Source: Gemmatimonadales bacterium
GTDB lineage: Bacteria > Gemmatimonadota > Gemmatimonadetes > Gemmatimonadales > GWC2-71-9
NCBI GenBank assembly: GCA_041577295.1
Contig: JBFGJG010000031.1
Coordinates: 1-52,925, forward strand
DNA: 52,925 nucleotides
Direction: 5' to 3'
Shown here: positions 9,074 through 20,003 of the stretch, piece by piece
Numbering within the stretch: the stretch's first letter is position 1
How the letters are laid out: every line of letters begins with the position of its first letter
Notes under the pieces: model-generated
The model's database searches: none
What the model saw: only the letters and a program-made list of their open reading frames with translations
What the model was told of the DNA's origin: nothing
Position numbers and translations under genes: made by a program

Positions 9074-9826
9074 CTACTGCACTACGATCGTCTGGTTCCA
9101 GATGTAGTCATCGTGCGGGCCGCAGATGTCATCGATCGCACGCTGCGCACGCGCGGCCGCTTGATCCGCATCCACATCCGCATAGATGGCGTCTTGCGCG
9201 TTGAACAGGCTCTTGGCGTCCGCCGCGGTCATGGTCAACAACCGCCGCACCTTTCCACCCATGCGGTGCGCGAGCCACGCATACCCCCGAATGGTCCCCT
9301 GTTCGACGTGACGGTCGAATATCGGTGCGACGTGAGCGCGGAACAGATCGTCGGCCAGTTCCTGCCGTGGAATGTGGCATTCGAAGTACGCTGATAGGCT
9401 CATTGCCGGTCCCGCTTGCGCACCGCTGCCCGCATTGTTGACCACCACCGTCCAGATGTAGTCATCGTGGGACGGGCAGATTTGACCCAGTTCTCGCAGC
9501 GCACCGGAGTGCCGCTGAGAGAGCTCTTGCACGATCGCGGCACGCGCGTCGAGAATGGCGTCGCGGTCGGTGCCCTGCATATACAGCAGGCGCCGCCAGT
9601 CGGTGCCCATGACGTGTGAGTACAGCCCCCAACCCGTCAAATGCCCAGCATCGATGTGCTTTTGGACGACCGGTCCAAATGTCCGCCGAATGATCGTGTC
9701 GACACGCGCCTCGGTTCCTTGGTCGCAGCGATAGTACTGACCGAGGACCATCAGTGTCGGTTCCTGGGCGGGGAGCTGTACCGCGACGAGCATGCCGACG
9801 ACGGCCAGCGGGAAGGATTTGTTCAC
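9074..9826 (-). CDS. Exported hypothetical protein with two tandem homologous domains
   Basis: GTG 9826 and signal peptide; duplicated unit Y(Y/F)xC...G(W/Y)xxxxHxMG...RRLL...ICxxHDDYIW. Confidence 0.75.
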   Translation of the reverse strand: MNKSFPLAVVGMLVAVQLPAQEPTLMVLGQYYRCDQGTEARVDTIIRRTFGPVVQKHIDAGHLTGWGLYSHVMGTDWRRLLYMQGTDRDAILDARAAIVQELSQRHSGALRELGQICPSHDDYIWTVVVNNAGSGAQAGPAMSLSAYFECHIPRQELADDLFRAHVAPIFDRHVEQGTIRGYAWLAHRMGGKVRRLLTMTAADAKSLFNAQDAIYADVDADQAAARAQRAIDDICGPHDDYIWNQTIVVQ

Positions 9827-10038
9827 AGGTACCCCCTTCGAGTGATGCTGTCTATGCAGTCGACCGCTGGCACTCTTGGCGCGACTGCCCAGCGGAGCGA
9901 CTCTCACACAGATGAGTCAGCTCCGGAAGCTCGCTGGGGGTACGTGAATAGGCACCGTGGGACAGAGGATGGCAAGAGGGAGAGAGTGTTGATTGATGAT
10001 CGTCGATCGAGGGTAGCGTCGACACCTCAGGTCAACAA

Positions 10039-11217
10039 TCAACAATCCGCAATCTGCAGTTCCACCACAATCCCTTCGAGGATCAGCTCACGGGCGCGGG
10101 TCACGATGTCATCCAGGGATGGCGTGGCCGCGAACATTTCACGCGCTCGCTGGCGCAACTCGTCGACTGAGGGGACATGCGGCAGGTGCATGTCGGCGAG
10201 CATGGCTGCGGCTTCCGACCGTGCCGTGCGCGCCTTCCGACGCAAGTCTTCGAGAATCGTGGTATGCTCCCAGGTCTCACGCAGCTGGGCACTGACATGT
10301 TCTACCGGTAACGTCGCCGCCAGATGTCGAGCGACCTTGTCGATGACCCCTCGCGACAGCTTCTTCTCGTTCCGCACCAGCGATGCCGGTGGTTCGATCA
10401 GATCCCACACGATCCGCAACCAGGAGAGGGCCTTGAGCACGTAGAACGTCAGGTCGATCTCGTACCAGCGGAATCCTTGACGGGTGGATGCCATATAGGC
10501 GTGATGGTTGTTGTGCCATCCTTCGCCAAAGGTGATGAGGGCCAACCACCAGTTGTTTCGTGAGTCATCGCCGGTTACGTACCGCTGCTTGCCGTGCACG
10601 TGGGCGAGCGAGTTGATCGAGAAGGACGCGTGGTATAGTACAACGGTGCTCCAGAAGAAGCCCACGATGAGACCCGGCCATCCCAAAAGAAGCCAGGTGC
10701 CGACCCCCAAGACGGTGGCTGGCAGATAGGGGTGCCGGTCCAGCCAGACGAGCTCCGGGAACTTCGTGAGATCCGGGACGGCCGCGTAGTTGGTCACCCC
10801 CTGCTGCCGCTTGAAGATCCAGCCCACATGGGAGTACCAGAAACCGCGGTGCAGTGGAGAGTGCACATCGGCAGCGGTATCGGAGTGCTTGTGATGATGC
10901 CGGTGCTTCGCAGCCCACCACAGGATGCCACGCTGTGCGGAGCTTTGGGCGAGCCAAGCGAGGACGAACTGCCCCACGCGGCTCGTGCGAAACGATCGGT
11001 GGGAGAAGTACCGGTGGTACCCAGCGGTCACGGCAAACATGCGAATGAGGTAGAGAGCGGCGCAGACAATGAGCGCCTCCACCGTGACTCCCGTCCACAC
11101 CGCAGCAATACAGACCAGATGGGCGAGGACAAAGGGAACGGCGGCAGGATACACTATGTCATCATGCGGCTCCTCGCCTGGATCAACAGGCGAGCCAGTG
11201 GCGCGGGTGGTGGTCAC
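10039..11217 (-). CDS. Delta-9 fatty acid (acyl-CoA) desaturase with C-terminal helical extension
   Basis: His boxes GYHRYFSH, HRHHH and GEGWHNNHH; TM segments; likely start GTG 11217. Confidence 0.9.
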   Translation of the reverse strand: MTTTRATGSPVDPGEEPHDDIVYPAAVPFVLAHLVCIAAVWTGVTVEALIVCAALYLIRMFAVTAGYHRYFSHRSFRTSRVGQFVLAWLAQSSAQRGILWWAAKHRHHHKHSDTAADVHSPLHRGFWYSHVGWIFKRQQGVTNYAAVPDLTKFPELVWLDRHPYLPATVLGVGTWLLLGWPGLIVGFFWSTVVLYHASFSINSLAHVHGKQRYVTGDDSRNNWWLALITFGEGWHNNHHAYMASTRQGFRWYEIDLTFYVLKALSWLRIVWDLIEPPASLVRNEKKLSRGVIDKVARHLAATLPVEHVSAQLRETWEHTTILEDLRRKARTARSEAAAMLADMHLPHVPSVDELRQRAREMFAATPSLDDIVTRARELILEGIVVELQIADC

Positions 11218-11260
11218 GGGGGGTCCTTTCAATCGCGAGCGACTGGAACCAATCAAGGGA

Positions 11261-12475
11261 CTACCGCCGACGACTGCGACCCCGCCGAGCGCGCAGCGAG
11301 GGACCGGTTGGTCGTGGTGGGCGAACACGTTCTTCAGGCTGGAGGGGGGCGACCGCCGGCTCAAATCCGGGAATGATCTGGCGTCGCAGCGTTCTGCCGA
11401 GCAGCTTTTCGACGTCTCGCATCTTCAGCCACTCGTCCGGCGACATGAGCGTGAGGGCGATTCCCTGCGCACCCGCTCTGGCGGTTCGACCGACCCGATG
11501 GACGTAGATCTCAGGATCGTTGGGAACGTCGAAGTTGACGACCATCAGGATATCATCCACATCAATTCCGCGTGCCGCAACGTCGGTCGCGACGAGCACC
11601 TGGATCTTTCCGTCCTTGAATCGATCGAGGGCTTGGTTGCGAGAGGCCTGCGTCTTGCCCCCATGAAGCGCTGCGACCCTGTTCCCTTCCCGGCGCAGAT
11701 GGTGGGCCAGGCGTTCCGCGCCGAACTTGGTACGGGTAAACACCAGCGTGCGACCGGGCGGAACCTCGGCCAACATCTTGGCGAGCAGACTGCGCTTTAC
11801 GGACTTGTCGACCGCCACAAGCATGTGCTCAACACCCTCCGCAGCCTCGGCCCGCCGGCCGATCTCGACGGCGGCGTGCTCATTCAAGGCCCGCCGAGCC
11901 AGCCGATCCACATCCGAAGAGATGGTGGCCGAGAAGAGCATCGTCTGTCGTTCGCGTGGAAGCGTGTCGAGGATTCGGTTCACGTCACGGGCGAACCCCA
12001 TGTCGAGCATGCGGTCCGCTTCGTCCAGTACCAGGACCTCGAGCCGGGAACTGTTCACGTGACCTCGACCGATATGGTCCAGCAGGCGTCCAGGCGTGGC
12101 GATCACGATATCCACACCGTTCTTCAAGGCACTCGTTTGCGGTCGCATCGGCACGCCGCCGTAGACGGCCACCGCGTTGAGTTGGAGATGACGCCCATAG
12201 GCGTGCGCGCTCTGCAGGACCTGTTCGGCCAGCTCACGCGTGGGGACGAGCACCAAACCCCTGATGCCGCCACGACGTCCCGTGGCGAGCCGGTGGAGGA
12301 TCGGCAACAGAAACGCCGCCGTCTTTCCCGTCCCGGTTTGAGCGGAACCGACCAGATCTCGCCCAGCCAGGCCGAGGGGGATCGCTTCTCGTTGGATGGG
12401 GGTGGGATCTGCGTAACCTCGGTCGTGAACCGCTTGTAAAAGCTCGGGCGCCAAGCCCAATGCACCAAATGACAT
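11261..12475 (-). CDS. DEAD-box RNA helicase (RhlE-like)
   Basis: Q motif, AQTGTGKT, PTRELA, LDEADRMLDMGF, SAT, ARGID, HRVGRTAR; GAGGAG RBS before ATG 12475. Confidence 0.93.
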   Translation of the reverse strand: MSFGALGLAPELLQAVHDRGYADPTPIQREAIPLGLAGRDLVGSAQTGTGKTAAFLLPILHRLATGRRGGIRGLVLVPTRELAEQVLQSAHAYGRHLQLNAVAVYGGVPMRPQTSALKNGVDIVIATPGRLLDHIGRGHVNSSRLEVLVLDEADRMLDMGFARDVNRILDTLPRERQTMLFSATISSDVDRLARRALNEHAAVEIGRRAEAAEGVEHMLVAVDKSVKRSLLAKMLAEVPPGRTLVFTRTKFGAERLAHHLRREGNRVAALHGGKTQASRNQALDRFKDGKIQVLVATDVAARGIDVDDILMVVNFDVPNDPEIYVHRVGRTARAGAQGIALTLMSPDEWLKMRDVEKLLGRTLRRQIIPGFEPAVAPLQPEERVRPPRPTGPSLRARRGRSRRR

Positions 12476-12801
12476 CGTTGTTAGAAACTCCTCAGTGGAT
12501 GTGCGCGTACCACGTGACACCGGTGTCACCGGAACGCATGATCTGGCAATGTCTGAACCTAGGGGGGTCAAGCGACGGGTTTTTGGCGCGTCGGTACCCT
12601 GAGCGGGGACCGTTCTACGGGTGAGAAGATACCAGCTCGCGGTTCGTACAGCGACGAGAAAGCTAACGGAAGCCTCGATCAGAAACTAGGGCACCTGTCA
12701 CCCTTTTACAGGGCGTGTTCAACCGACCCCGAGGTGGAAGCCCATAAATTACAATGTAGCAATAACTTACGACTCACCACTCCTCCGCCCATGCTGCCTC
12801 T

Positions 12802-13260
12802 CTAGTCGTCTCCGTTTTCCGAATCGACCACTCGCACCGTGCTGCGCTGTGCCGAGGCCAGGTGCTCCTTGAGAGCATCCGACGACATGTGCCGGAAATC
12901 CAGCATCGATCGGCTGAAACGAACTTCGCCCGACTCGGCGCGGAACCGGGTGCACAGGCCCCCTTGCGAGCGTCCGCCTCGGCCAAACGCACGCTCTCGG
13001 TACCCGACGTACCACGTTTCACCCTCGTCCTCCAGCACACGCTCGGCGTCGCAGAACGCGTCTTTCAGATTCTCGCGGGTCATGGACCGCGGACGGGTGT
13101 CAACGGGCTCCGCTCCGCGCAGCTGAATGTTGCCGTTGGTAAAGATCAGCCGCCACTCCGACTCGGACAGCGCACTCGCCTTGATCCGCCACGTGTGCCC
13201 AAACCGATCGGTATAACTCAATGTTCGCGTGTTTTTTTCTCCCATCTCATCTCCCGCCAT
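12802..13260 (-). CDS. Hypothetical protein translationally coupled to infA
   Basis: TGATG overlap with the infA stop; protein-like composition with an apparent internal duplication. Confidence 0.7.
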   Translation of the reverse strand: MAGDEMGEKNTRTLSYTDRFGHTWRIKASALSESEWRLIFTNGNIQLRGAEPVDTRPRSMTRENLKDAFCDAERVLEDEGETWYVGYRERAFGRGGRSQGGLCTRFRAESGEVRFSRSMLDFRHMSSDALKEHLASAQRSTVRVVDSENGDD

Positions 13261-13481
13261 CAGGACTTGTACCGATACGTAATCCGGCCGCGCGTGAGGT
13301 CGTACGGCGACATCGCGACGGTTACACGATCACCAGCGAGCACGCGAATGCGGAACCGGCGCATCTTTCCAGCGAGCGTGCATAACACCGTGTGCGAATT
13401 CTCGAGGAGCACGCGGAACATGGCGTTAGGAAGCACCTCCGTGACCGTGCCCTCCAACTGAATCGAATCACCTTTTGCCAT
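13260..13481 (-). CDS. infA: Translation initiation factor IF-1
   Basis: [24 protein letters not shown]...[33 protein letters not shown]. Confidence 0.97.
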   Translation of the reverse strand: MAKGDSIQLEGTVTEVLPNAMFRVLLENSHTVLCTLAGKMRRFRIRVLAGDRVTVAMSPYDLTRGRITYRYKS

Positions 13482-13492
13482 GGAATTCCGGA

Positions 13493-13681
13493 CTAGCGCT
13501 TACGGGACCGACGCTGTCGCCGAGCCGCCGCCTGTGCCTTCTTTCGCTTTGCCTCGCTGGGCTTCATGTAGTAGCGCTTTTGCCGCAGTTCCTTCAGGAT
13601 TCCGGATCGCTGGACCTTGCGGCGAAAGCTCTTGATGGCCCAGTCGACACGGTCATTGTCACCAATGATGATTTCTGTCAA
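13493..13681 (-). CDS. rpsU: 30S ribosomal protein S21
   Basis: [37 protein letters not shown] start 13681 after GGAGG. Confidence 0.93.
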   Translation of the reverse strand: MTEIIIGDNDRVDWAIKSFRRKVQRSGILKELRQKRYYMKPSEAKRKKAQAAARRQRRSRKR

Positions 13682-13718
13682 ACGCCCTCCTGCCGGGTGA
13701 TCATCAAAACGGAATACG

Positions 13719-13753
13719 CGCGGGGCCACCCCGCGAACCGGGGCGGCCCCGCG
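13719..13753 (-). terminator. Long GC hairpin between csp and rpsU
   Basis: CGCGGGGCCGCCCCG-GUUCG-CGGGGUGGCCCCGCG, then a weak U-rich tail (CGUAUUCCGUUUUG). Confidence 0.55.
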
Positions 13754-13782
13754 TTGGCACTAGCTCTCGCGTAGAGGATGGT

Positions 13783-13995
13783 TTACGCGTTGATGAGGTC
13801 GACGTTCTGAGCTGCAGGACCCTTCTGGCCCTGCACCACATCGAACTCCACCTGCTGGCCCTCGCGGAGCGATTTGAAACCTCGCCCATTGATGGCCGAG
13901 TGATGCACGAAGACGTCCTTTTCACCGTCCTCGCGTGTGATGAAGCCGAAGCCCTTCTGATCGTTGAACCACTTCACCGTTCCTCGGATGCGCAT
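13783..13995 (-). CDS. Cold-shock protein (CspA family)
   Basis: [15 protein letters not shown]...DVFVHHSAI...[10 protein letters not shown]. Confidence 0.97.
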   Translation of the reverse strand: MRIRGTVKWFNDQKGFGFITREDGEKDVFVHHSAINGRGFKSLREGQQVEFDVVQGQKGPAAQNVDLINA

Positions 13996-14095
13996 GCTGC
14001 TCCCCTGGAGTGCTGATGTTCGTCGGAGTCTGGAGACCAGATTCGCCGACCGTCCATCGTGTTCCCGCGGTCATCGACCCCCGCGCTGGGCCGCC
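13996..14095 (-). promoter_or_regulatory. Structured 5'UTR of the first csp gene, shared with the second
   Basis: Shares CCCAGCGCGGGGGU, GACCGCG, GACUCCGAC and CAUC.GCAC blocks with 14584-14697. Confidence 0.6.
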
Positions 14096-14312
14096 GTCGA
14101 CGCGGCGTTCTCACACACCTCTACCACGCTAGTACCGGCGCCTGGCACCAGCCGGGCTGGAGGCACCCCGCGAGGGGGCCCTCACGCCCCACTGTAAGCT
14201 AATGGCAACCGCGGGAAGGGGCCAGCGTGGGGCCCCAAGCCCCTGGGCGGGCCGCCCTGCGAGCTGCGTTCGGTCTGGGCGGCGCCCTTCCGGGGCCCCT
14301 CGGGGGACCACG

Positions 14313-14346
14313 AAAAACAGGCGGCCGGGTTCCCCCGGCCGCCTGT
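14313..14346 (-). terminator. Intrinsic terminator after the second csp gene
   Basis: ACAGGCGGCCGGG-loop-CCCGGCCGCCTGT followed by TTTT. Confidence 0.8.
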
Positions 14347-14373
14347 CCATCGGCTACGCGCGTCGATAGGCCG

Positions 14374-14583
14374 TTACTTGATCACAACGACGTTCTGCGC
14401 TGCCGGGCCCTTCTTGCCCTGCACCACTTCGAACTCTACGGCCTCGCCCTCGCGAAGGGACTTGAATCCCTCGCCGACGATGTTGGTGTGATGCACGAAG
14501 CAATCGGCCTGGCCGCCCTCGGGCGTAATGAACCCGAAGCCCTTGCTGTCGTTGAACCACTTCACGGTTCCCTTGGTCCTCAT
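14374..14583 (-). CDS. Cold-shock protein (CspA family), second copy
   Basis: [19 protein letters not shown]...CFVHH...[19 protein letters not shown]; real start 14583, not 14844. Confidence 0.96.
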   Translation of the reverse strand: MRTKGTVKWFNDSKGFGFITPEGGQADCFVHHTNIVGEGFKSLREGEAVEFEVVQGKKGPAAQNVVVIK

Positions 14584-14697
14584 GCTACCGAACTCCTTGT
14601 GTTGTGCCGATGGGTCGGAGTCCGGCATGCACCGTACGTTCCGAACACTCATCTGCGTTGTTGGTCGCGGTCCCAAACCCCCGCGCTGGGTTGCCGC
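14584..14697 (-). promoter_or_regulatory. Structured 5'UTR of the second csp gene
   Basis: Homologous to 13996-14095, with the same stems and different loops. Confidence 0.6.
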
Positions 14698-14799
14698 CCC
14701 GATCGCCGGCGGCTCGGCGTTGTTGAAACGCGAGAGCCCGATGCAACAGCACCGGGATCCCCAATAGGCCAGAGAAGGTACCTGGGGTATGCGATTCTC

Positions 14800-14986
14800 G
14801 CCAGGGCGGAGGAGCCGGGTTTGCCAGAACGCCCCACCTCGCAAGACGCCGCGCCGCTGCTCCTAGCAAACACTGGTGGCTCAACCGGTTCGACCGGCTG
14901 TTCGCTGCACGCGTGCCAGCCCCAACCAGGGCGCCTACTAAACCCAAGAGCTTCAACTTTCTCCACGAGGTTCGACCGATGTTCAT
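14800..14986 (-). pseudogene. Probable frameshifted and truncated lipoprotein gene remnant
   Basis: AAGGAGG RBS, then MNIGRTSWRKLKLLGLVGALVGAG; the continuation [20 protein letters not shown] lies in another frame. Left boundary approximate. Confidence 0.4.
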
Positions 14987-15211
14987 GGTGCCTCCTTGGT
15001 ACCGTCGTGTGTCGTGGTGAGTGAGCGTGACCAGTTGATGGTTCCAGCGGGTCCGCACTCGGCCTTCCTCTCTCAGTCGCGACAAATCGGCGTCGGGATG
15101 GACATCGGTGGACGTTGGCGAGCGGTGGGGCCGCGCAACCCGTCTTGACGCCTGCTTGACGAGCGCTCGCGATCTTCGCGTCTCCAAAAACTCGTGACGA
15201 CGGAGACACAC

Positions 15212-16327
15212 ATGACACGGCAACGGAAGCTCTTGGCGTACCTCGCGGTCGTGTGCGCTGCGATGGGATGTACGGATACTACGGTTGGACCAGTTATTAC
15301 CGGGGGTGAGGCCGAGTTCTCGGCGGCGGGCACCCCGGATGCCGTTTCAGTCCTGAACTGGAACATCTACGTTGGCGCCGATGTCGATGAGGTCATCGCA
15401 GCTCTCTTATCACCAGATCCGGAAGACGACATCCCCACCCTGCTCGCCGCCGTAGATGTGCTGCAACGCACGGCCTTCCCCGTGCGGGCCGAAGCGATCG
15501 CGGACGTGATCGCCAAGAAGAAGCCGGATGTCGTCGGCCTCCAGGAAGTCTGGACCCTCGATGTTGACCTCGTCGCGCTCGGGCTACCCGTAACCATCGA
15601 GCTGGATTTCTTGACCGTGCTGCAGGGCGCTTTGGCGGCACGCGGGCTCAGTTACGATGTCGCAGTCAACCTCACCAACACCGACGCAGCGCCGTTTCCG
15701 GGAATTCGCGTTGTCGATCACGACGTGATCCTGGTAAACCCGTCCCGGGTCACGGTATTGTCGACGGCCGGCCAGAGCTTTCTCCACAACATCGGCGAGG
15801 TGGCTCTTGGTGTTGAAATCAAGCGTGGATGGGTAACGGTAACGGGTGCCGTCAACGGCAGTGCGATAACGTTCGTCAACACCCATCTCGAGGCCGGGCC
15901 CGGTGAGCAGTTGACCCTGCTGCGCGCCGCCCAAGCGCAAGAGTTGATGGCTATTCTTGGCGGCCTCGGCCCAGTCGTCCTCATGGGCGATCTCAATGAC
16001 GCGGATACCTCACCGATGTATCAGATCGTGCTCGGTGCAGGATTTACCGACTTATGGACCGCCCTCCGCCCGGGCCGCGTGGGGCTCACCTGCTGCCACT
16101 TGCCGGATCTCTCGAACACCTTCTCGGCGTTCGAGCAACGCATCGATTACGTCCTGACCCGCGGATTCGGTCAACCACCAGGGAAACCTCGCGGCGTGAT
16201 CACCATCCTTGGCGACGACCCCGGCGATCGCGTGACCGGTCCTGCCCACGCCATTTGGCCATCCGATCACGCCGGGCTGGCCGTGCGGTTGCTCGCACCA
16301 CCCTCGGTGGACTTGGTGGCGCCCTGA
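15212..16327 (+). CDS. Endonuclease/exonuclease/phosphatase (EEP) family lipoprotein
   Basis: Lipobox AMGC; motifs NWNI, PDVVGLQEV, NTHLE, MGDLN, RIDYV, PSDH. Confidence 0.88.
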   Translation: MTRQRKLLAYLAVVCAAMGCTDTTVGPVITGGEAEFSAAGTPDAVSVLNWNIYVGADVDEVIAALLSPDPEDDIPTLLAAVDVLQRTAFPVRAEAIADVIAKKKPDVVGLQEVWTLDVDLVALGLPVTIELDFLTVLQGALAARGLSYDVAVNLTNTDAAPFPGIRVVDHDVILVNPSRVTVLSTAGQSFLHNIGEVALGVEIKRGWVTVTGAVNGSAITFVNTHLEAGPGEQLTLLRAAQAQELMAILGGLGPVVLMGDLNDADTSPMYQIVLGAGFTDLWTALRPGRVGLTCCHLPDLSNTFSAFEQRIDYVLTRGFGQPPGKPRGVITILGDDPGDRVTGPAHAIWPSDHAGLAVRLLAPPSVDLVAP

Positions 16328-16474
16328 ACGACAGTGAGGAGGGAGGAGGGAGTAGGAAATAGTGAGTTGGGAGTGGGGAGTGGAATCGACAGAAGAAACA
16401 GGCCGGGTCGATCGGGCCCGGCCTTCGAGTATCGTCTTACCACCCCCTTCCCGTTTGGGAAAGTGTTGGGGCGG

Positions 16475-16684
16475 TCAGCTACGCATTTTCTCGCCGACGA
16501 GCACCAGGATGATCCCGGGGATCAACGCAACCAGCCACACGCCGAGGTGCGATGCAATGTTGAGGGAAGCGATGAAATCGCGCATCCCGTGGAAAAAGGC
16601 GCTGGCAATGAGGGTGACGAGAACGAGACCCGGCCAGAGGATACCGAGGTTGGTGACCAGCCGACCTGCGCCCGATTGTGCCAT
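16475..16684 (-). CDS. Small two-TM membrane protein
   Basis: 69 aa, two hydrophobic helices, GGAG RBS, co-oriented downstream of the kinase. Confidence 0.6.
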   Translation of the reverse strand: MAQSGAGRLVTNLGILWPGLVLVTLIASAFFHGMRDFIASLNIASHLGVWLVALIPGIILVLVGEKMRS

Positions 16685-16720
16685 CAGCGTCTCCAGAACG
16701 GGGGGAATATGCGCCCCAAT

Positions 16721-19861
<3,141 letters not shown>

Positions 19862-20003
19862 GGTCGTCTGTCGTGTCTCCTGGATCTCCTGTGTCCACTC
19901 CAAACCATAGGCAGCCAAGGGGATGGTGGCCAGGTCTCCTACGCCCGCTTGCCGCGCCGTGTTTCAAGACGTACCGTAATAGTACAGCCGGCAGCTGGGG
20001 TGC

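Noticed and set aside
11069..12439. 456-aa plus-strand ORF, and similarly 23452..24747, 35055..36074 and 14227..15024
   Set aside because: Antisense to well-supported genes, with no recognisable motifs.
12476..12800. Riboswitch or ncRNA in the long region upstream of the DEAD-box helicase
   Set aside because: Only a weak promoter candidate and a short palindrome (GTGACACCGGTGTCAC) are visible; no known motif is supported.
14789..14804. Sigma54 promoter upstream of the second csp gene (TGGCGAGAATCGCA)
   Set aside because: Spacing is GG-N8-GC, not the required N10.
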